From contig CM041465.1 of assembly GCA_023213395.1 (NCBI GenBank), positions 232,941,741-233,005,740 of the forward strand: a DNA stretch of 64,000 nucleotides, in the 5' to 3' direction. The stretch is from Cycas panzhihuaensis (lineage: Eukaryota; Plantae; Cycadophyta). A program made the translations under genes and the position numbers. This document shows, one piece after another, positions 27,401 through 40,500 of the stretch (position 1 is the first letter of the stretch; each line of letters starts with the position of its first letter). The notes under the pieces are model-generated. The model worked only from the letters and a program-made list of their open reading frames with translations, did no database searches and was not told the DNA's origin.

Positions 27401-28283
27401 GACCCTCACGATCAATTCTTTTCACAAAGCCTTCACTTCTTTTTCCAAAATCCATCCCATCCGGAAACAAAATGTGTAAATGCAAGGCAAGACCAGGACG
27501 AGATATTCGAGATACCTCATGAGTCCCAAGATCCTTCCTATTCAGAATAAGACACAGCATGTACTTGGTTCTAGGAATAAATTTCGAAAAATTTAAGATG
27601 GTTGCCAGCAAAATCCCATGGAACATGCAAGATCAAGATAGATCTTTATGACATACAAGATCTAGCAGGTGGCAGTTGTAAGATCAGACCAAGCTATAAA
27701 TAGTTCTCGATAGTTCGAGGCCGGAGAATCATTTTAAGGGGAGGGGTATTGTAGCGTTCCTAAAATGATAGAAGAAGTTAGTTTTTACATGGGGAATTTA
27801 TTATGGTGAAGTCAATTTGGTAGAATTAAAAGAAGAACCATTTAATTTATTTTATTATGAAGTCCATTTTTTGGAGGGAAAATTAAGAAGTTGGGTTTGA
27901 AGGCTATAAATAAAGAGCCTCCCTCATTTGAAAATCATCTTGGAGAATTTCTGTTATGAACAAATAATGGTCTCGTGCCATTAGGGCCTCGTGCCTATTG
28001 GAGGGTTGCTCTCGCCTCGAAGAGGATTTGTCAATGCTACTGGATATTTTGTGTCAGGTGCCATCTTTCTGTTAATATTATTTACTATTGTTCACATATG
28101 CTAATGTTATCTCTGTTGAATGATATTATAAGAGTTTTGTTTGCTGTGAATATGAAAAGTATTGGAAGATCATTGTTGTATGGATAGCATCATTGTTTAG
28201 ATGAACATTATTTTGTGTATATTTTGTTATCTGCTGCTGGACATATTGCTTCTATCTGCTATCTTTCTGTTTGGCCCGATACA
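24435..28283 (+). mobile_element. Non-autonomous gag-only LTR element B (TR-GAG-like), nested in A
   Basis: LTRs 24435-24939 and 27750-28283; degenerate Met PBS (TAGTATCAGAG); PPT AAGGGGAGGGG; TGTC duplicated at both flanks; no RT or INT. Confidence 0.88.
26258..27013 (+). CDS. Gypsy-type gag-like ORF with acidic extension (element B)
   Basis: LELFLGEIAFDWY...IDWFWFRRAFIKTF matches the retrotransposon gag core pattern. Its C-terminal part (LHMHISFGSFICP) is homologous to ORF 23639-23962 of element A. Confidence 0.65.
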   Translation: MFDFFEPNEGIDAREWVEWVGVQNQFTGSTKIDNYWVDLELFLGEIAFDWYNNWSNQSIGCIDWFWFRRAFIKTFGQQQKDHQIHKQGEGTKASRLLNEGAEVEEEAKILQELKQELVQREQHDCVEDSKQTQATEESEVNMKEEIQSKVTQGQHEDNEEQLDFKEESKQISCKVLIDPVLHMHISFGSFICPLSFPSSIALEKPSSPQPIVSHALNPLNFSLFVGQIPIPLCNPSSSLFSHTLSSPIDHP

Positions 28284-29540
28284 TGTCCACTTTATTGATC
28301 TCTTCCCAAAATCACTTTGTTTCCCCCTTTCCAAATCCCCTAAGCTTTCTCAACACCTCTGTTACCTTGTGTAATACTAATTGATGTGAAAATGTGCAAC
28401 CACAAGACAAAATCTTGGCCAAGTGTCATGGACACTAGATAGGTCCTAGGATCGCTTTTATATGGGATGGAATACAATTGACTGCAAGTTCCAAACACAG
28501 GCATCTGCAAGTTTAGCCTACATGTCTGTTATCTCCAACAGAAGGCATCAGGTTGGATCAATTTTTTATGAGTTGCAAGACTTAGTAGGCGGTTGAAGAA
28601 CTTGGCAAAGAAAGACCAAGCAACCCCGCATGCCACTACCTATACTTCAAGGGTGAAGTATTTCAAGGAGAAGGGGGGGAGATTGTTGCGTTCCTAATTT
28701 ATGAAGAAGTCGGTTTTTAGGAGAAATAAGGAAGTTGATATTTTTGAGTGAACAGTCATTGCATCCCTAAATTAGATGAAGTCAGTTTTTTTAGGAGAGA
28801 GAATTAAAAGTTGGTTTTAGAAAGAGAAAGTAAGGCTATAAATATAGGAGCCTTATTCATTTGTGATTATGTTTGGAGAATTCAATATTTGATATGAAAT
28901 AATGGCCTAGGGCTAATAGGCACTGCATTACTGTAGTAATCTCACAAAATTTTACTTAGAAATTTAATAAATATAGTGTAAAATAAATAAAATATCCACC
29001 AATACTCTTGCAAAATATTCAATCAAGAGAGTAATAATATAAATCTACTTGAATACTTCTTGTATACAAATATAAAATGGTACGAAATGAACAAAAATTA
29101 AATAAATACAATGTTACCAAATGATCCCGCGAGTATTGCTGATAGTGAATCCCTCTTCGAGGCGAGATTCCCTCCACCAAGCTCCCCAGAAGGGCCAAAA
29201 ATATGGCAGTCCAAGACTTCTCTGATGATGCCAAAACGAGGCCCCAAATGCTCCTTAAATCGGTGGCCAAAAGATACTAGCAGAAGTCAGCCAGAAAAGG
29301 GGTATAAACTTGCCCGAAACCAAGACTAGAAGTTAGTCATAACTTCCCCAAAAAACTAGCAAGCTAAAAAATTCAAATGGCTATAACTTTTGTTATGGAT
29401 GTTAGAATTGATTTTTGTCTAAATTGTTGGAATCTGGGTTCAGGGACCTTTGATTTGAATGGTTACATGCTATAGTTTTGACCAAATTCCAAGGTGTTTG
29501 GAATGCTACAAGTCCCTCCCCTTCAAAACATGCTTTGCCC

Positions 29541-29819
29541 TCAAAGCATGGGTAAATCTAGATGTTGTTGATGCCATTTTTCTGATTCCCATGTTGCTTC
29601 CTTTGCGTCTAAGTTCTTCCGTTTCACCAAATATTCATGGATATTGTTGGATCGTGATTTCTTTGTATGAATTTGGAGGCTGCCTTTTGGATTGATAATT
29701 ACCTTGTCTTCTTCATCTAGTTCTGCTAACTTTGTTTGAGGAGAAATGTTTGGTCTAATTTTTTTCTTGAGACATGAAACATGGAAGATATTATGCATTC
29801 GGCTTTGCAGCAGTGCCAA
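29541..29819 (-). pseudogene. Integrase C-terminus with chromodomain
   Basis: HNIFHVSCLKK...EYLVKRKNLDAKEATWE. Confidence 0.85.
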
Positions 29820-29974
29820 CTTGTATGCGACCTCTCCTATTTTCTCCAGGATTTGCTATGGTCCAAAGAATCTAGATTGTAATTTTTGCTTCCTTGTGCA
29901 CCTTATAGTAGATTGCTTGTAAAGTTGGAGCCTTAAGAATACCCAATCTCTTTCAGGAAAAGATCTTTCTGACC

Positions 29975-32900
29975 TGTTAATGTGGCAGTTGGTTGTTAAG
30001 CCACTATGTTAATGTTAATGTGGTTTAATTAAGGTGATTGAGTGAAAAGGTGCGACTTATTCAGAGGGTCACAACCCTAATCGAGTGACACCTCTTGGAA
30101 GAGTTTAAAAGCCTTGAGGCCTTGTGTATTCAACGTATCAAATCAATCGTGCAATAATCAATGTGATCCACCAAGGATCTTTTTGTGGTGGGTTTTTTCT
30201 CGAAAGAGTTTTCCCATGTAAATATTGTGCACTCTGCATCTATTTTCTATGTACTCTTGTGTGCTTGTTGTGTATGGTTAAAGATTCTGCAGATGGGAAC
30301 ATTTGTGTATGATTTCATGCTCCCAAACATGGTATCAAAGTTGTAGGGTCCGACACAGTTGAAACCTAACGTTGAGCGGAGCAGTGAGATCGTTGGTTGT
30401 CGGGTGAAGCCGTCAAATCCAGGACTTATCTTGAGGGTCCATCAACTCTAGCAACATGCAGAAGCACGCACAAGCGAATCAGTGGTGGTTGAATCAATAC
30501 TCAAGCATGAAGACCACATTTGTGGTATGAGTTGGCCTGTTGGGGGCCATCTGAAGCCGGTTGAAGATCTGTTGCAGATATTTAAGCCAACAGAGCACGT
30601 ACTGATGGTGATTCAATGACTTTGAGGACAACCACGCCTGTGTACAAGTATGCCCTTTATATTTCTCATGAAAATATCAAAAAAAGATTGATAAAACAAG
30701 GTTGTTTTTGTGTATTGCTTGTTGCCAAACCTTCGTGTAGCACCTGTGGATGTGATTGAAGCCTGTAGTGGGAATTTTTTGTCTAAGTGTTGGTTTGAAG
30801 TTTACAGTAGTAGAATGTTGTTTGAATGAATTTTCTCTATATTTTTTAGAGTATTAGAGACTCGTGTGCATAAATAGAGCCTGGAACATCCATATAGAGG
30901 CTGGTCAAGTACTTATTAACATGCTTGGGCATGTTTGAAAGATGGCTGGGCCTTTTTGAGGCAGTTTTGGCTCCATTAAGAATTGGTTGGGCGCTATTTG
31001 CATTGGATGGAGGTGTGATTACATTGGCTAGGCACTTCTCTACATGGTTGGGTTCTTCTTAGGGGGCTGTTGAATTGAAATCAGGGTATTTACCATGGAG
31101 GATCTATGGTCCATTTGGATGTCTACCCATCTGTTTGTATGTGCGCATGCCGAAAATGAGGAGCGGCAACTGCGTCTCTATGAATCAGGCCGTACGACTT
31201 TGTATTAAGGATTTTTGATGTTTCTCACTAAGGTCTTAACTTAGTAACATCATAAATATATCTTGGTTAATATTTAGATCATGTGCATTAAGTTCCAAAG
31301 GTGCGGGACATACAAAAAGTCACAAACTTTGGAATATGCCCTTTGGTATATTCTCCTTATAATATAACATTATAAAATGACCCTTATACCATTGGTTCAT
31401 CATATTTTATCAGTGTATTCTATTTAGGGCTGTTGTGAGTCGTTTTGAGCGTCGATTGAGGAGAATTTTTAGTGTTTTGACTTGGAGATCGTGCATTTAT
31501 ACCCTATGGAGCCGTCCTTTGTACTTGGAGCATCGTTTTAAGTGTCTTAAGGGTCATTTTTTGACTTTTTTTAGGGTATTTAAAGGCGTTTGTTGGCCTT
31601 TTGTGAGGGAAAACAGTTGGTGACTCGCTCAACACATATATAGTCAGTGTTTGGTGCCCTCCAGAGCGTGCCCTTGAGCAAGAGGAGGACACATGGGTGC
31701 ATTTTTGTCCTGCAGACATTCGTTTTGGTGTCGTTTAATTCATATTGAAGCCAGTTTCTCGAGATGGAGTGCATTATGCCCAAGGTTATCTTCAACGGTA
31801 AGAATTTTAGTGAGCGGAAGGCCAATATGGAGCTCATTCTGATGGTGAATCAACTCTAAGGTATCACTAAGGCAAAGGTGGACGGGATTCTACTAGAACA
31901 TAAAGAGCGTGTTCGTCTTGAAGAGAAGAAATTTATGGTCGTGGAACTGTTGAAACTGTCACTAACGTCGGACCAGAGAGCTTTGGTTCACAATCTGGAT
32001 GAAGTAGACGAAATATGGACAAAACTGTGTGATACGTTTGAAAAGAAGAAGACGAATAAACGTTTTGCCCTGATGTTGGAGTTGCTTAATTTGCGTGTGC
32101 AAGATGAGAACAACATCAACTCCTATCTTAATAAAATAACATACTTGAAGAACAAGCTAGAAGAACTGAAGTAGAACTCGGTTGATGATGCGTTTCTACT
32201 CGCAATAATCATGTCGAAGTTGCTGCCTGCGTTCGCCACTTTCTAGACCATTTATGGTAGAGATGAAGTGATGGAAGCAAAAACATTTGACATGCTTAAA
32301 ACCCTAATTCTAGCGGAGGGTGCCAAGCTCAAACGTCATGGAATGCTTGGAGGTTTTGATTCAATTCAGGCACTAGCCATGAAAACTTAGAGGAAGTAGA
32401 CCGCTAAGGAGGAGAAGATCACACAGAGGTCAGGAGAAAGTTCACAAGATAAGAAGAAGTTCAACGGAAAATGCAATTACTACAAGAAGGATGGTCACTG
32501 CAAAAAGAACTATTGGTTCAAGTGTCATGACGAGCGCAAAGTTAACCAGGATGACAAAGGGAAGAGCGTTGTTGCTCGTTGCGTCAGAGCACAAACCTTA
32601 TCAACTGAGTCAAATCAGAGAGATTATTGGGTGCTTGACTCTGGAGCACAGAAGCATATCTCTTACTAGAGGCAAAACTTTGATACGATGACCGAAAATC
32701 AGAGTGGTGCTAAAATTGTCCTTGAAGATGCTCGCGTCTTGCTAGTGGAAGGTATCGACGAAGTATCCATTGCAGGAGGTAAATTTACTAGGGTATACTA
32801 TGTACGCAAGATGGAGTTGAAACAAGGTTTGAAGGTGGAGCTCTACGATGATAAATGCCTAATTAAGGATCCAAAGCAGAACTTTGCTGTCATTGCTACT

Positions 32901-35900
32901 GGAGAAGTTAGGGATAACTTTTGGGTGTTTGAAAATTTTCAATCTCAGAAGAAGTCCTATGCCTTTATTGTTAGTGTGGATGACGTGAGTAAACTGTGGC
33001 ACAATCGCCTAGGCCACCTTAATTATAGGAGCATTGTACTACTGAAGAGGTTGAAGATGGTAGAAGGATTGCCATCGATTTCCTACTTAGATGTTGTTTG
33101 CGAAGGGTGTATGTATGGCAAGCATTATCGGTACCCTTTTGCTCGGGATAATGCCTGGAGAAGCTGGAGCTTGTGCACTCAGATATAATGGGATCACTCC
33201 CTATCGGAGCTCGATGTACCCTTGTTTTGTGGATGATTACACTAGGAAGGCCTGGGTCTGCTTTCTCAAGAACAAGTCATATGTGTTTGATCGCTTTTGT
33301 GACTAGAAAGCGACGGTGGAAAATGAATGTGATAGAAGGATAAAGTCTTTAAGAAGTGGTAATGGCAAGGAATACGACAACCATGCGTTCAATCAGTTCT
33401 GTCGTGATCATGATATAAAGTAGGAATTTACGGTCTTGTATACCCCACAATAAAACGGAGTTGTTGAAAGGAAAAACTGTACCATGATGGAGATGGTGAG
33501 GTGTATGGTGGACGCTAAAAACTTGCCACCAAAGTTTTGGGCAGAAGCCATGGCGACTGTTGTTTATATTTTGAACCGGCTACCCACTCATGTAGTTTAC
33601 AGGATGACCCCCAAAGAGAAATGGACTAGTTGGGAGTCTGTTATTAGCCATTTAAGAACCTTTGAGTGTATAGCATATGCCCGCATCCCAAATGACACCC
33701 GCAAAAAGTTGGATTGGAAGAGTCTAAAGTGCATATTCATGGGGTATTGCACTAAGAATAAAGCCTACAGACTATGGGATCCACAGGGGGAGAAGATTGT
33801 GGTTAGTCAGGATGTAAAATTTGATGAGTCATCCACGTATCATGTTAACAGATCATTAGACCCCCCCCCCCCCCCCCGCCTTCTCCCATTCCCAGATTCA
33901 TCAAGCGAGGAGGACGATGAGCTAGTCGCTGGAACACCTGAGGAAGTAGGATCAAGTGGGACGAGTAATAGTGAGGAGCCGCCGCGAGATGAAGTACCTC
34001 TAGCAACGGGTCTTTAAATACCTTTATGGGCAAAGAAGACTCTCGAAGACTCTGGTGTGGCAATGCATTCCTTAACTAATGATAGAAGAAGAGGAAGTCA
34101 GCATGCCAGTCAAACTGTACTTGTAGACACCAACAACTCCAGTGATCTTGATTCGTTCGATGAAGTAAAAGGAGATCCACGATGGAGAGTTGCGATGGCA
34201 AAGGGGTATGGTTCTTTGATGAAGAACAATATGTGGGATTTGGTTCCACTCCCTTCGATGAATAACCTTGTTGGATGCAAGTGGGTCTATAAGACGAAGT
34301 TTCACTTCGATGGAGAGGTGGACAAGTACAAGGCCAGACTTGTTGCTCAGGGATTGAAGCAAAAAGAAGGATTTGACTATAAGGAGATGTTTGCACCAGT
34401 CTCTAGAATGACAACGGTCTGATTGCTCATTTCCTTAGTAGTTACTTACGATTGGGAGTTACACCAGATGGACGTCAAGTCTGCATTCCTTAATGGAGAT
34501 CTAAAGGAAGAGATTTACATGTCATAGCCTCTGGGATTCGTTAAGGATGCCCATGAGCATCTTGTTTGCCATTTGAAGAAGTCAATCTATGGCCTGAAAC
34601 AAGCAGCTCGTGCTTGGTATGAAAAGATGGGTTCTAAGTTTAAAGTTGAAGGTTTCGAGATTTTAGAACGTGACCCGAATCTGTATGTGAAGAGAAGAGG
34701 GACTTCAATAGTTGCTTGCATGGTGCATGTGGATTATTTGATCATCGATGGTAATTGTGGCAAGGCTATTGCTAAAATCAAATCCAATCTGGGAGTTTTA
34801 TTCGACATGACAGACCTTGGGAGACTTCACTACTTCTTGGGCATTCCGATCAGGCAGATGGATGACAGGATCGTGTTGTTGTAGTTGCAGTACGTGAAGA
34901 ACTTGTTGGAGAAATTTGGAATGCAAAATTGCAAACTAGTTACAACACCGTGTGTAAAAGGCACAAAGTTACAGAAGGATATGGCCAAACCCTCTATAGA
35001 TGGCACAAAGTATCGCCAGTTGGTAGGGAGTCTGATCTATTTGACTCATACCAGGCCAGATATCGCATACACTGTTGGATTGGTTTCCTGCTATATGCAG
35101 GATCCTTAGGAGACTCATTTGGTTGCAACGAAGCAGGTTCTTAAGCATGTGAAGGGGACAATCAATCTTCATCTCGAATACTGTCGCGATGAAGAGATAA
35201 GGTTGCATGGCTACAAAGATGCTGATTGGGGAGGAGACTTTGACGATCGGAAGTCCACTACTGGATACTTGTTTGGTGTTGGTAATGGATTTGTTTCATT
35301 GTAGTCAAAGAAGCAACAGATAGTGGCGCTGTCTTCTACAGAGGCAGAATATCAAGGACTCAATGCTGGTGCAAAGGAAGTTGTATGGTTGCAAGGTTTC
35401 TTGGAGTTTCTTGGAATTTCCAATGGACAACTAGTTATCTTTATTGATAATCATAGTACCATTCATCTGTCAAAAAATCTGGAGTTTCATGCGCGTACAA
35501 AGCATATCGAGATTCAGCACCACTACATTCGTGAATAGATCAAGTCAAGGAAGCTGCAAGACGACTATTGTCCTAATGAATTCCAACTTGTGGACGTGTT
35601 CACCAAGCCACTCACTAAAAATCATTTCACAAAGATGCGTACCAAATTAGGATTCACCGATGTTATCCCTGAGGGGGGATGTATTGACAAGGATAAAGAA
35701 ACTGCAGGATAGTCTCGGCCTTTGTGATAACCCAACTGTTGCAATTGGCAGGCTGCCCACATCCACGTTAAGGGAGGATGTTAATGTGGCAATTGATTGT
35801 TAAGCCACTATGTTAATGTTAATGTGGTTTAACTAAGGTGATTAAGCGAAAAGGCGCGACTTATTTGGAGGGTCACAACCCTAATCGAGTGACACCTCTT

Positions 35901-36135
35901 GGAAGAGTATACAAGCCTTGAGGACTTGTGTATTCAATGTATCAAATCAATTGTGCAATAATCAATGTGATCCATCAAGGATTCTTTTGTGGTGGGGTTT
36001 TTCCCGAAAGGGTTTTCCCATGTAAATCCTGTGTACTGTGCATCTATTTTTTGTGTGTACTCTTGTTTGCTTGCTGTGTATGGTTCAAGATTCTATGGAT
36101 GGGAACATTTGTGTATGATTTCATGTTCTCGAACA
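29975..36135 (+). mobile_element. Full-length Ty1/Copia element (Copia-2), related to Copia-1, decayed
   Basis: LTRs 29975-30329 and 35779-36135; perfect TSD TGACC; PBS TGGTATCAAAG; PPT AAGGGAGGA; gag-PR-INT-RT-RH order with stops. Confidence 0.95.
31764..35670 (+). pseudogene. Copia-2 gag-pol (multiple stops)
   Basis: ORFs from 31878 to 35538 contain LWHNRLGHLN, GCKWVYKTK, YGLKQAARAWY, SSTEAEY and HARTKHIE. Confidence 0.93.
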
Positions 36136-36140
36136 TGACC

Positions 36141-37545
36141 TATGTAAGTCAGCTTGTTGTTTGATCTGATTTCTAGCTGTGTTTAAATTATCCCTTGATG
36201 TTTGAAGTGTTTGGTTCATTTGTTCTTGTTGTTCTTGAACTAATTGAACTTTTGAGATCTTTGCCCGTGTGAGTATTGATGGAGGTTAGAACCCATATAG
36301 TGCATGGAATAGAGTCATTGTTGTTGATCTGTGATACGTGGTATTATACCACCATTTCGCTAGATAGAGCCACTTGTGCCAAAGTTGTTGTTTGTCTAAT
36401 GTGAAGTTTCGTAAATAACCTTTTAAGCATTTATTTATTGCCTTTGTCCAGCCATCTGTTTGGGGATGATATGATGTACTCTTAATAATTTTTTGCCTAC
36501 AAATTTGAATAAATCTTGCCATAAGTGGTTGGTGAATTTTGGGTTGCGATCAGTGATTGTGAATTTAGGGAACCCATGCAATTGTTGTATTTCTTTCATG
36601 AAGGCTTCCACAATTTGGCTTGCCTTTGCTGTTGATTGAATCCCCATAAAATGAGCATATTTTGTTAATCTATCAAGAATGACAAAAATAACATCCTTAC
36701 CTTCTGACTTGGGTAATCCCATAATGATGTCCATCGAGATTTCCTCCCATTTCTGCTGTTGTACATGCAATGGCTTTTGTAACTTGGAGATTTTCACACT
36801 TTCAACCTTGTTCCTTTGGCATGTGTCGCATTCAGTCACAAACTTATAGGCATCTTCTTTCATTCCTTTCCAAAAAAATGTGTCCCATAATTTGTGGTAG
36901 GTCTTGTCAATCCCAATATGAACTAAAGTTGGAATGGAATGTTCTTCCTTGAGTATTTTTTGCTTTAGTGTTGATGCTAGTAGTATGAAGATTTTCCCTT
37001 TTTGTCAGATGGGGTATCCCTGTAGTTCATATTTCGTTTGTTCTCTCTTTTGAATTTCCTTGAGTGCTTTTGAAGCTGTCAAGTTTTTTTGATATACTTG
37101 AGTGAGTTCCCTTATCCAATTGAGGGTTGGTATGGAAATGGCTTGTAAGGTAAATTCTTCCTTCTTTTCATCTGATATCCGAGATAAAGCATCTGCAATC
37201 ATGTTTCCCTTTTTGTATAAAATGGTAAAATCGAAGTTCTGGAGTCTACTCACCCATTTTTGCTGTTCATTTGATAAACCTTTTGATTAAGGAAATACTT
37301 TAGGCTATCATGGTCTATTTTGACTACAAAAGTGTTTTCTAACAAATACAACTGCCATTGATGAATGGCATGCATGATTGCAAGCATCTCCTTATCATAA
37401 ATCGGTTTAGGTCATTTCCGATTATTTAGCTTGCAACTTTCATATGCTAAAGGTCGTTCATTTTGGAGGAGGACTACTACTACCCCTGTTCCTGATGTGT
37501 CGCATTCTAATGGGAATGGTTGGGAGAAGTCTGGCATTGCAAGGA
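36141..37545 (-). pseudogene. Chromovirus RNase H and integrase core
   Basis: ORFs 36286-36522, 36435-36863, 37005-37253 and 37412-37678. Confidence 0.88.
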
Positions 37546-40500
37546 CTGGGGCTGTGGGGGGTGGGTGGCGGTGTGGCTTGTCAAGTGGAAATTTTCTTGA
37601 TTCTTTTGATAACAAAAGCCGTCCTTCCCTCAGGACGGCTTCCAAACAAAGCTCTAATACAACCTGTAGTAATCTCACAGAAACTTACTCAAAAATTTAA
37701 TAAATATAGTACAAAATAGACAAAATATCCACCAATACACTTGCAAAATATTCGATAAAGAGAGTAAAAATATAAATCTACTTGAATACTTCTTGCATAC
37801 AAATAGAAAATGGTATGAAACGTTCATAAATTGAATAAATACAATGTTACCAAATGATCCTGCGAGTATGGCTGATAGTGAATCCCTCTTTGAGGCGAGG
37901 TTCCCTCCACCAAGCTCCTTAGAAGGACCAAAAGTATGGCAGTCCAAGACTTCTCTGATGATGCCCAAATGAGGCCCCAAATCCTCTTTAAATAGGGAGC
38001 CAAAAGATACTAATAGAAGTTAGCCAGAAAAGTGGTATATACTCATCCGAAACCAAGACTAAAAGTCAGCTTGAACTTTTCGAAAAAAATGGAACGGCCA
38101 TAACTTTTGTTATAGATGTTAGAATTGACTTTCGTTTAAACTGTTGGATTCTTGGTTCAGAGAGCTTCGATTTGAATGGTCACATGGTAAAATTTTGACC
38201 AAATTCCAAGATGTTTGGAATGCTACATGTACTGCCTGAGAGGACACCTTCGCCCTGAAGAGAGCATTATTATTTAAGGTGTATTATCTGATATTTACTA
38301 TTATTACTATCATAATATGATATTATTGATGCGATTCAGATATCATGCATATGGATGATCTATTATCTGTTATATTTTGAGTTACTGCTGGAAACATTTG
38401 AGGTATGCATGCTGGGATATTATTATTTTGTGGATTTTTGTTATTACTATATTAGTTGTGTATTATTGTGTGGGCCTGCTACATCTCACTTGTAAGAGAT
38501 ATTCACTATCTGATTTTCAATATTTATGAATGGCTTTCACAAATGATGTTTATGGTGGCCTCTATGGGCTTATGTTGAAATTCTTGAAATGAAAGGGAGG
38601 GGCATTTCGTGTGAATGTAATGAAGACGTTAAATGGTGTTATTCAAGAGGGAGCCGATTTATGTCTCAAGGGTGGGGAGCTGATTGATAAGAGTGATGAG
38701 TTTCAAGACATCCAGCTCATCGTGTCTTGGTTCCAGTTGCAGAGCATATGCTGTTTGATTACAATCATGATGTATGGTATTTATTTGTAGTCGCAGTATG
38801 CTGCCTGGTCACAGTTGTAGAGCATATGCTATTTGGATGATGTCACAGAGCATCTGTTGTTTCGCTGCTGTCATTGAGAAAATTCTATTGGATTGTAGTT
38901 GCAATGCATGTACTGTTTGGTTGTAATTGCAGTATAGTCTGCACATGCTAGTTGGAAGCATGGAACTTATCTGTAGTTGGTCATGAATAATGATGTGTCC
39001 CACCACTACAAAACTTGATCATAAGCAAAATACAGATGTAGAATTGAGCACCAACTGTGAATAAAGGGGACAATAGTTGTAAGATTGAGAAGTAGTTTTA
39101 AAAATAAGTTGCTAGTTTCAAGCACTTTTCTCAATTGAAATTGAAATAGGATAAGCAATTACAAAAATTAATTGGCAATTATGACGACCAATTTTAATAG
39201 AATTAGGTGGTTATATAAAACAAATGATAGGTTGAGAAATGGCTAAACCTTTTGAGGCCATGATGTTATTTTGGTATGCCATTAAGCATCTCCTATGGAA
39301 GCATTATGAGTCCACTGCATCAGGTTTAAGTATCTAGTGAAGGCAAGGATAAATGGGTCTATGTTAGGGTGGTGGCTTCCTCGCCATTGTACAGGCATGT
39401 ACAACATCCACCCTAATCCTGCCCTCTTCGCAGCACACTTCTGCTAATGTAATTCTCTTATTCACATTTTCTTCCTGATTTTTAAACATATTTAATATCT
39501 ATTGAACTGTTGTCATGAACATGGTAGCCTGTCCGTCTACCGTCATAAGCTTTTGGTTTTACAATATTAGGTTGGTATTAAGGACTATTTTGTTTGAATT
39601 GTTTTGGTATTACTGGAAACACATGCAATGTATGTTAGTGAGCATAGTGTTAGAGAGGGAAAAAATAACAATAACTACTTTCTTATTGTACAAAGGACCC
39701 AAGCATCTTGTCTTAAAGTTATTTAGTATAATATATAATATTGGTTTTGTGATGCTGCAAGGTCTTACAGTCGACAAAATTGCCTTAGATCTATAGTTTT
39801 CAGGTGATGGGACACTATATTACTTTACACAGTTCATGTCATTGTTCGTGCATAAGCATGTCTTTTCTTGCAAAATGTGAATACATAATGACGATACAAA
39901 ATGTTACAATAAATGCAAACATTGAAAATCAAATTGTAGTTTGCAAATTTTATTCAAGTTAGGTAATGGGCATTAGTTAATCAAATAACAAATTCATTAA
40001 TACAGATGACTTCAATGCATGTTCACAATGTTGATCATTTGATTTGAAGGATGCCAAAATTCCTTTAGGGAGGCTCTAAACAGGTTTGGCAATAAGTATC
40101 TTGCTAACTAATGTGGGGCCTTTAAATTTGTTACAGCTTTGTTGGATGTGAGGAAATGGGTTCTTAAGCTCAGTGAATGGGTACCTGAGCCCATTGAACT
40201 TTCCATTGAAAATGAATATTGGGATTCTAATGGCTATAGAATGAGCTTGCAGTGTATGGTGATCTGTTGCTGTCATATGATAATTGCTTTCACTGGCAGG
40301 TAAAATACTGAAAGCAAAAACAAGAGGTAAGAGGAAAATTGTTATAAGTGCACAGAAAGGTTTGCTGCACTGCAGCTGTAACTGTGCTATCAAAATATAA
40401 GAAATAATCATCACTATGAAGTCATTTCTTGTTAGTCTTGGCTATTGAAATGGCATTTAGCTGCTTTTCACTTCAAAGTAGTGATACCGAGGAGGATACC

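Larger units (their letters stand above)
28932..38227 (-). mobile_element. Chromovirus (Ty3/Gypsy) with a large internal deletion, interrupted by Copia-2
   Basis: LTRs 28932-29510 and 37665-38227; PBS at 37651-37662; PPT at ~29513-29525. Chromodomain (EYLVKRKN...EATWE), integrase (WEEISMDIIMGLPKS; YHPQTDG) and RNase H ([18 protein letters not shown]) are present; gag, PR and RT are missing. Confidence 0.88.
21558..38483 (+). mobile_element. Non-autonomous gag-only LTR element A (TR-GAG/LARD-like), host of nested insertions
   Basis: 5' LTR 21558-22035 with PBS TGGTATTAAAGC. PPT at 28665-28682. The 3' LTR is split into 28684-28931 and 38228-38483. Flanks TCTTG/TCTCA are both derivable from TCTCG. 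Only a degenerate gag-like region (~23190-24300) is present, with no pol. Confidence 0.75.

Noticed and set aside
38730-38990. Loosely repeated GTTGCAGAGCATATGCT motif
   Set aside because: Too degenerate to define a unit or boundaries.
40137-40299. AG...GT-bounded open frame (LLDVRKWVLKLSEW...) as a second host exon
   Set aside because: No recognisable similarity and a weak acceptor context; it could arise by chance and needs RNA-seq.
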